DNA of 64,000 nucleotides from Nemertoderma westbladi (GCA_032718475.1 JAUCBJ010002827.1:1-64000); one strand, 5' to 3'. Positions 12,338-25,600 are shown, numbered from the stretch's first letter. Made by a program: numbers and translations. Notes: generated by a model from the letters alone, not told the origin.

Positions 12338-13765
12338 ATGGAGAACTTCGCCGAGGCTACTCTACGGGGTCGCAAGAAGTCCACAAAGAAGGCCAACACT
12401 TCTCAGATCCGCGCGATAACCGCTCTGGATCCTGACACCCCCGAGCTCCTAGGACATCTGGCGCTACACACCGGTCGACTACAACAGCGAAAGGCGACCC
12501 TGCTGGAAGTCTTCGAATTTCTTCTACTCAAGTCTGAGGATGAAGAAGCCGCCAAACTAATGTCAGACGAAATGGAGTCGGAACGGGATCGAATCTTAGA
12601 GGCCGAACTCCATCTGGAACAGCTCCAGAAACTCTTCCCTGCCAACCAACCGGCACCTCCTTCTGACTGTGACTCTACTGCGTCGTCTGCTGCTGCTGGC
12701 ATTGCGGCCATCCTGTCTGCCTCAACGCTCCCTAAACTGTCGCTGCCCACCTTCTCGGGCGATCCCCTGGATTGGCGACAGTTCTACGACCAGTTCGTCG
12801 CTCTAGTCGACTTCGACAAATCGACTGTCTCCCCTGCGGCCAAGTTCGTTTACCTGAGGAACTGCCTACGGGGTCCTGCTCTCACTGCCGTGCAGGGCAT
12901 CAAGTGTGGCAACGGTGCCTACGCTGTGGCCACCAAAGAACTTCTCTCTCGGTTTGGTCAACCAAACGTTTTGATTGCTCTGTACAGTCAGAGGATTGTC
13001 AACGCCCCTGCAGTCACTAGTGAAAACCCGCATCAACTCCGTATTCTGGTCAACACCTTCTCTGCCGCCATCAGAGAGATGGAGTCTCTATTCGAGGACG
13101 TGGAGATGACTGGGCTCAATGGGGAGCGAGCCCCACGTGCCTTCTCCACTAAACTAGCTGGACACCTCTTGGCTCAACAGCTTATGTCCAAGCTTCTGAA
13201 GACGATTCTATTGGAATGGAATCGCCGGAACACCAAACCTACCAGTTGTCACAACCTCGAGGCATTGCTCAACTTCCTCAAGACTGAGCTGGAGGGCCTC
13301 GAGGCCTACAGACGCTCTGGAGAGCCGTCCAAGCATCCTGACGCTCGACCTCCACCTACCAACACTCGACAAATCCAGAAACCCTCAGTCACCTTCTCTG
13401 CTAAAACTCCGATGCCTCCTCGGATCAAAGACCTCCCTCGCGGTCAGCGGCTCGCAGCAGTGAGGGCACAACGACTCTGCAGAAACTGCCTGGCTGGTGG
13501 CCATATCGTGTCCATCTGCCCACAACCTCCCAGCTGCAGGGTGTGTCCTCTAAAACACCACAGGTTGCTCCATATGGAGCTCACTTCCCCCCCCCCCCCT
13601 GGGGGACCTTATAGGGTCGGCTCGTCCTCTACCTCTAATGGGCGTCGTCCGGCTCCCTCTTCTAATCCTCACCTGGATCCCTCAGTTCCAGAGTTTAGAC
13701 CTCCTGCCATGACTACGGTGGCCTGTCGAAGGCCAGATGTGGTGACGCGCCATGGTGACCACTAG
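12338..13765 (+). CDS. gag: BEL/Pao Gag (DUF1759-like region and zinc knuckles)
   Basis: LPKLSLPTFSGDPLDWRQFYDQF and KFVYLRNCLRGPA, plus CRNCLAGGHIVSIC and CRVCPLKHHRLLH knuckles. Confidence 0.85.
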   Translation: MENFAEATLRGRKKSTKKANTSQIRAITALDPDTPELLGHLALHTGRLQQRKATLLEVFEFLLLKSEDEEAAKLMSDEMESERDRILEAELHLEQLQKLFPANQPAPPSDCDSTASSAAAGIAAILSASTLPKLSLPTFSGDPLDWRQFYDQFVALVDFDKSTVSPAAKFVYLRNCLRGPALTAVQGIKCGNGAYAVATKELLSRFGQPNVLIALYSQRIVNAPAVTSENPHQLRILVNTFSAAIREMESLFEDVEMTGLNGERAPRAFSTKLAGHLLAQQLMSKLLKTILLEWNRRNTKPTSCHNLEALLNFLKTELEGLEAYRRSGEPSKHPDARPPPTNTRQIQKPSVTFSAKTPMPPRIKDLPRGQRLAAVRAQRLCRNCLAGGHIVSICPQPPSCRVCPLKHHRLLHMELTSPPPPGGPYRVGSSSTSNGRRPAPSSNPHLDPSVPEFRPPAMTTVACRRPDVVTRHGDH

Positions 13766-16700
13766 CGACCCCCGCCAAACTGCCTCTAGAAAGATCAGAC
13801 TCCTCCTAGACACCAGGTCGGAGGAGTCCTACATAACCTCCAAACTCGCCAGCTACCTCGAGCTGCCGGTTCGAGACAGAGCCTCATTTGCTTCTGAGGC
13901 TTTCGGTGGAATTGTCTCACCAACTCAGGATCGTTGTCAGGTGGACCTCCTCCTTAGCAAGGGAACCTCATCCCTTGGCGTCCGGGCCTGGGTGGTGGAC
14001 ACTATCTGCTCCCCCCTGGGCCCACAAAACCTTAGATCCACCAACTGGATCACCATCGACCTGGCAGACCCTGACCCTTCAGTGGTTCGCCCCACAGACT
14101 TCCTCCTCGGCACCGACCTCCTCCCTCGTGTCCTCCTTCCTGGGATGATCACTGAAGGCGGGGTAATGGCCAAGAATACGATCTTTGGGTGGACCCTCCT
14201 TGGCAGTCGCACATCTGCCACACCCAGTCTCTCCCAAGCCTTCCGTGTGTGTACCAGGAGCCTGGACATCCTGTGGGACCTGGAGACCATCGGGATAGAC
14301 CACAAATCAGAGGATGAAGGTTCGGACTCCTTCATCAAACCTCGTCTCGTTCATGGACGATTCGAGATCGACCTCCTTTAGATCGACGACCGCAGACCAT
14401 CCTCCAACTATGGCAGAGTCCCCTCGCGCCGGCTGAGACCCCATCATCTTGAGGGACTCAAACAACTCGAGTCACTGGGGTACATTGAGAGACTGGTCTC
14501 TTCTCCCCCCAGCGTGTACTTCCTTCCTCACCATGCCATGGTCCAGCATGGAAAGACTCGGGTCGTCTTCATTGGGGCAAATAAATCTCCTAATGGCCTC
14601 TCGATCAATGACTGTCTGAAGACAGGGCCAAATCTCCTACCATTACTCTTCAATGTGGCTATACGTTTCAGAGTCTACCCTTGTGTGGCCGTTGGGGATA
14701 TAGTGAAGGCCTTCCACCAAATCTCGATCACAGACCACGACTGCGACTATCTCTGCATTCGGTGGCAAGACGAAGATGGAGAGGTGTTGAGCCACTTCGT
14801 GCGCCTCCCCTTCGGCCTGAACTGCTCCCCGAGCGCTCTACAATCCACTCTATGGGTTCAGTTCGGCCTACTCGAGGACTCTGCCCTTCCTCTACCAGTC
14901 CCGGACACTGACCACTCAGTCGTTCAACCCCAGGTCAGTGACCTCTCGTTCGCTGAACCTCAGGTCAGTGAACCCTTGGTCGTTGAACTCATGGTTGATG
15001 ACCCCTCGATAGTCAAACCCCTGGTCAATGACCCCTCGGCCATCCAACCCCGGGTCATTGACCCCTCGGCCATCGGCCCCCACACTCTCTCATGACTCAT
15101 TGAGAGCCTCTACGTCAATGACGTGGTGTTAGGGGGAGAGACTCCATCAGACATGAACACACTTAGAGAAACTCTCACTGAACTGTTGTCTCGCGCCTCG
15201 ATGAACCTTCACAAGTGGAGGTCAACGAACTCCACCTGTGACGAGGAGAGGCTCCCAACTCGAGTACTTGGGACCCCTTGGGATCCCATCTCAGACGAGA
15301 TCTCAGTCAACTTCGATAATGTGACCCCCCCTAAAGTCTTTACCAAACGAACTCTGCTCGCGTGTACAGTGTCGATCTTCGACCCTCTTGGTCTCCTCTC
15401 GCCATGGACCCTCTCTCTACCCCTGCAACTGCAGGACCTCTGGTGCGCCGGCTCTGGATGGGAACAGCAGCTGGACCCAGAAGCAGCACGCCGCTGCCTG
15501 GAGCTCATCTCTCAGGTGCCAGCAATCCCTCCAATGCTGCCTCGAGACTGCTCCAACCCTGATCGCATCGAGATCTACACCGATGCCTCGCTCCAGGCCT
15601 ATGCTGCCTGCCTCTACACATTTTGTGGGGGCACACGAACTCTACTCTGCACCAAGGCGTGCGCTGCCCCCCTAAAGCCGAAACCATCCTTACCTCGGCT
15701 TGAACTGATGGCCGCCCTCCTGGGGCACGTCTTTATGGCTCCATTATCAAGGCCCACAAGGACTTCCCTGATGTCAAAGCTATCTTCCACTCCGACTCCA
15801 CCACAACTCTCGCCTGGCTGAGTAAACCTCCCAACACTTGGAAGACCTTTGTAAGAAACCGAGTGCGCGAGATCCAGGACCATGCACCCTTCCATCTCTG
15901 GCACCACATACCCGGGTGCCAGAACCCTGCCGATATTGGCACTCGAGGTTATGACCTTGGAGCCCTCGCCTCTTCGAGCTGGTGGCTCGGCCCCTCTGGT
16001 GACCTTCACGCCGCCGACACCTCGGTCATTGACCCCTCGGCGATTGACCACCAGGTTACTGATCTCAGACATGTGACAATGGAGCGCCGATCTCTATTGA
16101 CTAATCTCATCATGGGGAGCGAGCAAGTGGTGGACCTTAAATGGTTCTCTAACCTGACTCGAGCAGTTCGGGTCATGGCCTGGGTCTCTCGATTCATTAG
16201 CAACTGCAGGGTTCGTCGGCGAACCTGCAGCTCTGCCTCCACTGGGCCTCTCAGCAAAGCGGAGTGAGACCGCGCCCTTGTTCAGCTGTTCTACCTCGAA
16301 CAGCGAGCAACTATCTCTAATGACATCGACCTAATCCAAGATGGTGACGCCCGGGAATCCTCTCTATGGCCCTTCCGGCCATTTATCGACACAGCAACCA
16401 ACCTGGTCAGTGGATGCCCTCGAACCCAGGAATAATCCCTGCCTCTGCTGCCCAAGGGTTCTCCCCCCGCTCGCCTACTCGCCTGGGACGTCCACATCGT
16501 CACCAAACATAGTGGAGTCCCCACAATGATGTCTGAACTCAGTAAGACCGTGTGGATTGCAGGTCTGCGTTCGATCTGTAAGAAGATCACGTATGACTGC
16601 GTCCCCTGCCGCTGCTATAACTCCCGCCACTTCTGCACCCCAGAGGGGGCGCTTCCTGACTTCCGGGTAAGGCCGGGGGTCATACCCTTCCAGTCCACTG

Positions 16701-18405
16701 GCTTGGACTGCGCTGGTGGTCTCTATAACAATGATGGGGAGAAGCGATACATCCTTCTCCTCACCTGCGCGTCTACCCGTGCACTACACCTTGAGTTGAC
16801 CTCCCAGATGGACGCCGAGGACACCCACAACGCACTGCGTCGTTTCGCGGCCAGGTGTTCCTGAGGTGTTGTACTCTGACAACACCGCCACCTTCAAACT
16901 ACTCAGTCGAGTTTGGGGCGGAACCGAGTGGCACTTTATTCTGGTCCACGCCCCCTGGCATGGTGGCTTCTGGGAGAGGATGGTTGGAGTAGTGAAGCAG
17001 GCGCTACGGAAGAGTCTGGGGTGCGCTGCACTCACCGACGACAAACTGCGAACTGTGCTGGCCGAGGTTGAAGCGACAGCCAATCGACGGCCCCTCGTAC
17101 AATCCCCTGACAGCAGTACCGAACCGTTAACTCCCACTCACTTTCTGTTAGGTGGCACTCCGCCACCTCTTGCGCCATTGGCCCTCCTCTCTCCTAAGGA
17201 CTACCCCCAATCTCTCTCTTCCTCATCCCGTCGCTCTGCTAAAGAGTTGAGGAGCAGCTGGCGCCGATCTGTGGCAGCTACTGAGGCGATCTGGAAGCGC
17301 TGAACCTCAGAGTACCTGCCCACACTTCGATACTGGCGTAGGAAGTTGCGTCCTGCGCCAAAGGTTGAGAGTGGAGCCATTGTCATTGTCGATACCCCCC
17401 TCAAGCCGCGATCGAGCTGGCCCCTTGGGAATGTTGTTCGGGTCCACCCTGGAGGACGCCCAGCATATAAAGGACATCACCCGCCTCCTACCCTAACTAA
17501 TTTCAAAATGGGCTGTCTGTCTGCATTTGGCTGTTTGGGTTGGTTTAGGAATTCTAAGTAAAAAAGAAAAAGACGAACAATCCAACTGTCTGACGAGTGC
17601 AAGGTCCAGGATATAATCCACCTAATCTAATTATAACCGAAAAGCTAGGACCTTGACGCTATTCCGGCTAGATAAGGCTTTAGTCCACTACAGTACTGGG
17701 TGATAGATTGGTACCGTTACATTACATATAATAACAAATCAACTAATCTATCGATAAATGAGATTAATATTATCAGGCAGTTAATAATATCGTATACTTC
17801 TGTCTGTTCTGTAGTTTATAAAGAGTTACCGGTACCGCACTGTCTTAGGTAAATAGTACAATATTATATTACAGGGTATATTAAATAGTTAAATTAGGGG
17901 GAAACACGTTTATGTTCTACCGGCTGACCATAACTAACTAACAAACTAACAATTGAACGGAAACAATCTATATAACAACCTAATCAGCTAACAATCTATA
18001 TATGGGTCTAACTAACAATCCAACCATCTAACATCAGAATATTAGTGGGCAAATCTGCACATGACAGACATGGTGAGTTGAGACTGCCAGACTGCAGACA
18101 GCTTACTGCAGTTGTACTGACTAGCTATTTTACAGCTGTCAGTCAGACTGTTGACTGCATTCTGGTCACGTGGTGAGCTCACGGTCGACTCTTACTAATT
18201 AAATAATGAAAGTAATTATGTATACTGTATTTATTGCTGCGAACTGAAATGTATTATACTGTAGGTTGATTATTTTATACTTATACTATATTATATTAAA
18301 ATATTTGAGTTACGAGGAGATGGTGAACACACAGCAGATGTCCGGGTCAATGGCCACGTATCCTCGCGCCCCCTTGCCGGACTTGTTCCCCTCGAGATAG
18401 ACTGA
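13752..18405 (+). pseudogene. pol: BEL/Pao Pol (protease, RT, RNase H, integrase) with stops, frameshifts and an insertion
   Basis: LLDTRS protease; YFLPHH; INDCLKTGPNL; YVND (mutated YVDD); YTDAS and PRLELMAA; PGCQNPADIGTRG; APWHGGFWERMV; C-terminal RPLAGLVPLE after the 17457-18313 insertion. Confidence 0.92.
17457..18313. mobile_element. 857-bp unclassified insertion in the integrase C-terminus
   Basis: Flanked by GAGGA (17452-17456 / 18314-18318). Removing it restores VHPGG-DGEHTADVRVNG. Confidence 0.75.
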
Positions 18406-18663
18406 CTTGCGCCCTCTAAGTCTATGTATGATTTCAACGCTTATATTACTCTGTCTCACTTTATTCTATGCTGGTATTATATTCCGTATTGAATTTATAT
18501 TAGTATATTGCCTTATGTTACTTTATCTTACTTGTATTGATGCGTAATGATTACTTAATTATTTGAGTGTCTGTATGCACTAGTTTAAAATTGGCTTTCC
18601 TATTTCTTGTATTTTCTGTCATTATTTATCGTCCTATTTTGAGCGATCAAAATAGGAGGGGAG

Positions 18664-19165
18664 TGTAAATAATCGCCAGGTTGTCGACCGAACTTTCTAA
18701 TTTATCTGTACCCATTTTTGGGATCGAAACGTAATCTGCTGTCTTGCAGCACTCTGTCCAACCTCCCTCTAGCGGGACGGTTGGCAGGCCCTCTTAGGAT
18801 CGAAACGTAGCTAACTGGCCACTCAGCAGTCTCCTTGGCTACCCAATCAGGACGCTTCCTGGGAAGGTATTTAAGGAGCTGCTCGCCACTTTTTCTTCAC
18901 TTCCAAGTCAACAACCCTTTCCTTGTGCAAACCCCGGCTTCAAAGCTTAGTGATTTAATTGTTTCCTCTTCTATTTCCTTATTATTCATTGAATTATTAA
19001 AAATAAACTCAGTTATCGCTTTTACTCAAAATCAACTTTTTCCACCTTCACCTTAAGAAATCTCTTCTACCTCTACTTTGGGAGCCGACACACAGTTGCA
19101 CTCCCTTCGGCAACTGGGATTCTAAAATCGAAGGACTCTGCATCTCCAACGCCCAGTTCGCCACA
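18664..19165 (+). repeat. 3' LTR of BEL element 1
   Basis: TG..CA termini, preceded by the PPT and followed by TSD ATAGT. Confidence 0.93.
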
Positions 19166-20849
19166 ATAGTACATGATTAAAATGTTTAAATGAGTATCCA
19201 TAAAATCCTTTCTTCACATACCGAACGCTGATAAGTTGATATAATGTAACAAAATTTTCATGTATTAATTTATGTAAACCTCCCTCACTGCGTTCGCTCG
19301 GTACATAAATAAACTCGGGTCATAACGCTGCAAAGTGCTACTTTGCACACAATGATGTTAATACAGTAGTTATTCTGTCCATTACTCAAAACGGAAACTT
19401 TAGCCAAACTTTGACACTGATGAAAAGGCATTCTGTAACGTAGGCCATGTAAGCCTACTTTAAATGTTTTTCAAATAAAATAATATATTCGATATAAAAA
19501 CGTAACGGAAAAAACTCTTTCAATAACTTTTTAGCAAAATTAAGATATTCTGTTCTCGTGTGTTGAGTTTTACGCTTTTTGGCATATTGGCACTCGTTTC
19601 GCTCGTATTGGAAAGTTATCAACTCGAGCAAAACTCGACCACTGTGATATAATAATAGTCGAATATTACTAAACAAAAGATAACATGGAACAAAGCGCTG
19701 CTTTTCGAATAGTTATTGTTATCGAATATTATTAATATATACCCGATCTTGTTCGGTAAAACGTATGTAACGTGGCAGTAGGCACAGAAAGATGAAATTG
19801 GATGTTGAATTTTGCCGATCACATTAATGGAACATCGGTAAAATTTATCTCCATTAAAGAGCATCCTACCTAATATTACAATATTTCAAAAAATGATTTA
19901 CTATTACTTTACCATTTATTTAATAATTAATTATTATAATCAAAATAATCATCAATTAAGCAATATTATAATTATCAATAATACTTCAAATAAATTTTTC
20001 ATAGTTAAATGAACTTCGTCTATTTATTGAAAACCAGTAATTTTGGCCTCTTTGAAGGCCCGTATTTCGTCAGAGATGCCATACTTCAATTGTCCGACCA
20101 TGAGAATCAAACATACAATATTTATTATCATCTGGTAGTTGACCAACCATAACAGCGAAATTTAGAATACACATGTCAGTTGGGTGGAATGACTTGGTGA
20201 GACCTCAATAGCCCCATAACACGAAAATTGCCATAGACTCAATGATAGAAATACCAGCTGGTGCGAATACGCCCAAACTACAGAGAAGTATTTTACGGTA
20301 GATGCTAAATTCACTCCACAGACTTGACATCTTCAATAGGCACTAGGGCTTCATCCATTGGATGTTGCCATGTAAACTAGCTCCGCCTACTTAACATAAA
20401 TCAGCTGATTCTTTGTTCATTCGACAGCAGTAGTATGTAGTACTACCGGTAGGTTTGATTTGATTACACAATTACCAATTACCGTACTGAATTAGGCCTA
20501 CAACATGAAGTAAGTGAGTCTGCTAGTATACTGTACAGGTATATTTGCAGATGCGAGCGCGATGCTTAGCCTGCAAGACGATAAATGAAACTTTAATTCA
20601 TCTGCGGTCAATTTGCACAGGAGATCACTTTTCCCTTCTGAGAATCAGAATAGGCCTATGATAGCCCTATGAAAATTGTTAAATTAATTGTCGCTTGGCA
20701 TAAATATTTATAATCGTATCTACAGGAATGTATATGACGTACTGATGAATCAGAGCTTGCCCAGAGATACGCTCCTGGAACATGGTTTTTTGTATTGTCC
20801 ACAACTAATTAATAGGCGGCCAGGCTTACAGATTTGGAATTAGCTATAA

Positions 20850-21318
20850 TGTCATAATGAAGTGGTAGTCAAATTTTACAAATGTAAAATCGGCCTCATA
20901 TAGAGAAACTACTGCGTAAGAGCCAAAACGGATTTCGACCAAATAGATCAACAATAGCTCAGATACTTGCACTATGGAGACTGATTGAAGGAATTAAGTC
21001 AAAGAATCTCCCAGCAGTCATGACTTTTGTGGACTTCAAGAAGGCATTCGACTCCATCCATTGTGTTAAAATGCTTGAAATCCTATGAGCTTATGGAATA
21101 CCAGAAGTAATTGTTGCTGGCATTGGATTGTTATATTGTGACACAGAAGCAGAGGTACTCTCTCCAGATGGTGAAACTGAGTTTTCTCAATCCTGGCTGG
21201 CGTACTGCAAGGTGACACATTAGCACCATTACTATTTGTAATTGTGCTGGATTACGCAATGAGGATGGCCACAAAGGGTGAAGATCTGGGATTCACACTT
21301 CAAGAACGCAAAAGTAGT
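20850..21318 (+). mobile_element. RTE-clade LINE, 5' part (RT remnant), interrupted by BEL element 2
   Basis: Translates to QNGFRPNRSTIAQI, FVDFKKAFDSI, GVLQGDTLAPLLF...LQERKSS and continues after 36376. Confidence 0.85.
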
Positions 21319-22566
21319 TGTACGCGCTTTTGAAGACCTTTAGCAGTTTAACCTGCCAAAATTTGTATGTCTTTTGGTTTATAAATAGACTTTAGAAGTT
21401 GACAAATATTTAATACCAATAAACACAACATTAGCAGAAGCCAGCCTAGTGCGCGTCCATTCACCCGCTGGATATACCCGGGAGACTGGATTCTGAGGGC
21501 TTAGATTATTATTGCAGTGTAAGCTTACTGTATTATTCGATTGATCGTTAATAAATAATTTCTGACTAATATTATTCACTTTCGGGAAATATTAACAGTT
21601 CCTTTAGGACGTGGCGCTCTATCTAGGTAAACAGAGATATGACTTATACTAATCACAACGGTAAGTCGGTAAGGCTTATGATTCACGTATGAGGCGCATT
21701 CTTTAGGAAATGCTTAGTTATCAGTCACAATCAGGCACACTACCGGTAACACACAATACGGCTCACTAATTTGCCGACCGTCAATGAATTTTATCATATA
21801 TAAAGAGAACAGCAACGGACTCATGTAGTGCTTATCAAATAGCATTAAATTCACTACAAACCACAATAATATAAGTCGCAATCGCTATATATAACCCGTC
21901 TCTCTAACCTGTAGTGTATCAAGAAAATTGGGAAATTTGGGTTCTTTATAGATATTCTCCAAATAATATTCAACCAAACAATAGTAAATAGCAGTATAAT
22001 AATGTATATTGAACCGATAATGTAAAACTGAATTGCGATCAGTTGATATGATAAGATAACAGTTATACGCTCTATAATTTAAGCCTACTAATGTTTCTTC
22101 TAAAGTATGAAAACGAATTGACTCTAGAGCCGGTGTTCCTGGCCTAGATAGCAACAACACAACAGTATCAAGAAAAAACAGTAAGACTGAACACTCCTAG
22201 TATGATCGGCCGAATATCTCCACATCGACAGAAAAAATCGCTCTGATTGGCTTAAGCTAAACAAAGAACCATGTGTCCAATGGCTGTTCCCATGTCAGCA
22301 ACCAGCTGTTAGATGTCGTAATCTGAATCATCAAGGCTAAGCTGTGTAAAGGTATTTGGTGCATTGCGGGTTTTTTGCCTTACCATGTCCGCCAAAACAC
22401 GTATATAGAAGAATGACTTTTATGTCCGTTAAAACACTTATAACGGTACCTCGCGGGCGAGGGGAATATATATATAGTTAGAGAGCCTTTTAGAGTATTC
22501 CAGCGCCTGGGGGGAAACTGGATTGCGAAGCAAAGGGGCCAGTTATATCCCACAGAAGCTTTTACA
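21319..22566 (-). repeat. 3' LTR of BEL element 2 (1248 bp)
   Basis: Near-identical to 35129-36376. Confidence 0.96.
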
Positions 22567-22644
22567 CCGCTCCCAGAAAATGGGATTTGAGTCTATAAAA
22601 TATACAAAATCACAGTTTCTAATATACGTAAATACTCTAAACAG

Positions 22645-25600
22645 TTAGTCTTTCTTGCGCGGACGGCGTTTACGCAGTTTTTTAAAGCTAGCCAGAGTCC
22701 TTTTCTCTTTGGGGCGAGCCACTTTACAAGGAGGGCTATAACTCCTGGGTGAAGGGTGCAATATGATTGCATCAGAGGGTGTAGGATTATGGTCGGTGTA
22801 TCCGCCAGTCGAAGTACCGGGTTGATTGACATCAACGTCAGGGGAGAGAGGTCTAACGGCTTTGAGAGCTCGTTTCAAGACAGCCGCTCTTACGGGTCCT
22901 TTACGAGTGGTCTGAACGAGGGCCGTGGGTGGACCATAGGCAGTTAGAAACCTCCGGGGTTTAATGGTCCTTTCCAACTCGTGTTCGCGGGCTCGGTATT
23001 CGTAAGGCCGTCGATATACTTCCTGTAACTCGGGGTGTGAGTTAACAAACAAGTCTCCATAGTCCGGATCCTGACGGATATAATTGATTAAGTTATAGGA
23101 ATGAAGGTCGCTAGGATTAACACTCCTGAGAAATTTGCGTACGAATTTGGTTGAAATACATTCTCCGACGCGCTTCAGTAGCTCGTAACTTGATATGCGT
23201 GATTTCTGTTCAACCGAAGCGAATAGATAAGGATGGAACGCATAAACTCCTTCGTAAGCGCGTCCGGGATAATAGCGATGGCGCGAATCACAATGTAAAT
23301 CAGCGTTCGCTTCCCAAGCTCTGATGTAACGTAGTGTGATCATTTCATCTACGCTTTCCAAATCGTGATTAAAAGGGCAATCGAAACTGGCATATCCCTT
23401 TAGTTGACAATGGTGACATTGAGTCATAAATTGAGGGCAAACCGCAAAGATATGCAAGTTATTGAGTCTGCAATATGCGCAATAAATTTCCATAGTCGGT
23501 TGTTCTTGGAAATAGGAACAGCGGACGTTGGTGTCCATGGGCGTATCGTGGTCTCTCGATGCGCATAACCGACAACGTTGCCTAGAAACATAGTTGGCAT
23601 GTCGATAATCGTACGCAGTGAGACACTGTGGACCTTGATACCATTCTATGATGTAATCGTTGTCGCTGTTCCGGGGCGCGATAGGCTGAATCTCTTCAGA
23701 TTCTAGACATATTGGTTCGTCTTCCAAGTGCATAGCTGAAGTGGGCGCGTCTGTCTCTTCAGGTGGACCTATTGTCTGAATTTCCACGACAGAATAACCT
23801 GTGGGGATTCGAGGTCTTTGTATAACAGAGGAGTGCAAGTTCGATATACAAATCTCTTGGAAAACGGCGAATCCAGCGCTATCCAACTTCTCTGCAGCTG
23901 AGTTTCTTAGGCTGAGCTTGGTCAAAGCGCGGTCTTTAAATTGGCTATCCACGTTGCGGAACGGGGTTAAAAATCGCCGGAAACATTCGAAACGGATGAA
24001 TTTATTATGTTCATCTAGCTTAGCGAGTTTGGTCCCAAGTATTAATGGATGGGCGCGTATAGTACGACTGCACACATCGGCTAGCCAACCGGCAAGTGCG
24101 GTGTTTTCAAAGATCGTGTATATAGCTAAGGAGGGACGGAGTGGAACACTCATGAAGCTATACACGGCGCCAGGTGCGGTCAATGGTCCATCAAAGTATA
24201 ATCGAGAATAATGGTCTCCGTATACTTGTTGATAGTTAATGGGATTTCCGACTTTGAAATTCCATCCGTATTCCTGAAAGGCAAGATGTCCGATGGAAGT
24301 TCGTTGCACCTTTGTAATGTTGCTAGACGTATTAGCATACATAGTGCGGAAGAAACCTCGACCTTCTGCCCAGGGAGCAATCAGCTGAGTATCAACGAAA
24401 GGGTATGGAATGTTCTCCATATTCCGAAAGTCGTTTTGGAGATCTCCATAAACAGCTGAGCCGATTTTAAGGATTCTTTCATTGAACAACATCTCGAGTA
24501 CGGGCTGGGGTAACATCGATCCATCGATGCCCATGGCCGGTTTGCGTTCGGTGTCAATGAAGTAACGCTGCGCGAGTTCGAATTGTCCATGTCGGAGATT
24601 CTTTTGTGTTTCAGTGAGAGTTTCAAAAGAATAATCAATCACGTCGGAACACGCTCGAGTAAACACGTGGGTAGAACCAGCTAATCCGCGTATGTGGATC
24701 ATGCGCGTAGTTCCTAGTTCTCCGACCGGAACGCTACCTTCATTATCGTAGGTGACAACTCCATACATCTCAATAACATTAAGAGTTTCATTCCACTCCT
24801 TGGTGGCGTTCTCTAGGGTCATCCCTACTGGATGCCACAAGGTGGCGCATTGGTTAGCGTCAGGGAGATCACTATACTTCATATGCCGAGTGGTATACGT
24901 CTCCACATTTCCATATCTTTGTATTTTCTCTTCTTCAAATAATACATCTAGATTCCAATGGACTAATCGAGTTTTAATAAATCCATCGAGATTATAAGGA
25001 GGTTCTATATCTTTCTCGATTCGAGAAATGTTATATGGTTTTCTAAATGAGTTTACCTTTACTAACTGATCCAGATGTTTCTGCAATTGTTCGAGTTCGA
25101 CAATGTCTAGAGGATTTATTAGTGGTAGAAACTTTAAATTATGTGTCGGGTCTTCTGGTTTTACCATATAATATTGAGTCAGATTAACGTAATAAGGGTG
25201 GTCTTTAATCCCATAAAACGAGTTCTGTAAAGGTCTAGCGCGTATGTTGACATCGTGTACCATACGACGGACAAGATCCGCTCGATTGTCCGGAGGTTCA
25301 ACGAGTATACCGTCAACACGAGCGGCCTCGATCGGCGGACGCTGTAACATAGGGGCGTCAGCGATAAGATTTTGCGATCCTGTACTGATATCAACCGGTT
25401 GAGGTTGTATCGTCGCGAAGAGCTTGTCCCCGAAATGTGGAATCATCGAGGGATGACGAACGGTTTTAGAGTAGAGGTCCGTCATGAGGATTTGAGCTTC
25501 CGGTTGGGCTAAAGCGGCTTCTTCTCTCTCTTCCAGTTTCGTGTGTTTCTCTTCGAGTAGATTTTCTTCCGCTTGTCTCTGTAAGCGTTCATCTAAAAAT

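Larger units (their letters stand above)
11740..19165 (+). mobile_element. BEL/Pao LTR retrotransposon 1 (degenerate, full length)
   Basis: TG..CA LTRs at 11740-12302 and 18664-19165, TSD ATAGT (11735-11739 / 19166-19170), PPT AAAATAGGAGGGGAG before the 3' LTR, and gag-PR-RT-RNaseH-IN order. Confidence 0.95.

Noticed and set aside
11735-21318. Shared target preference from TSDs ATAGT and GTAGT
   Set aside because: Only two sites, the elements are in opposite orientation, and TAGT is very common in this DNA.
21379-22160. Short ORFs duplicated at 35189-35970
   Set aside because: They are duplicated only because they lie in the LTRs; no recognisable motifs.
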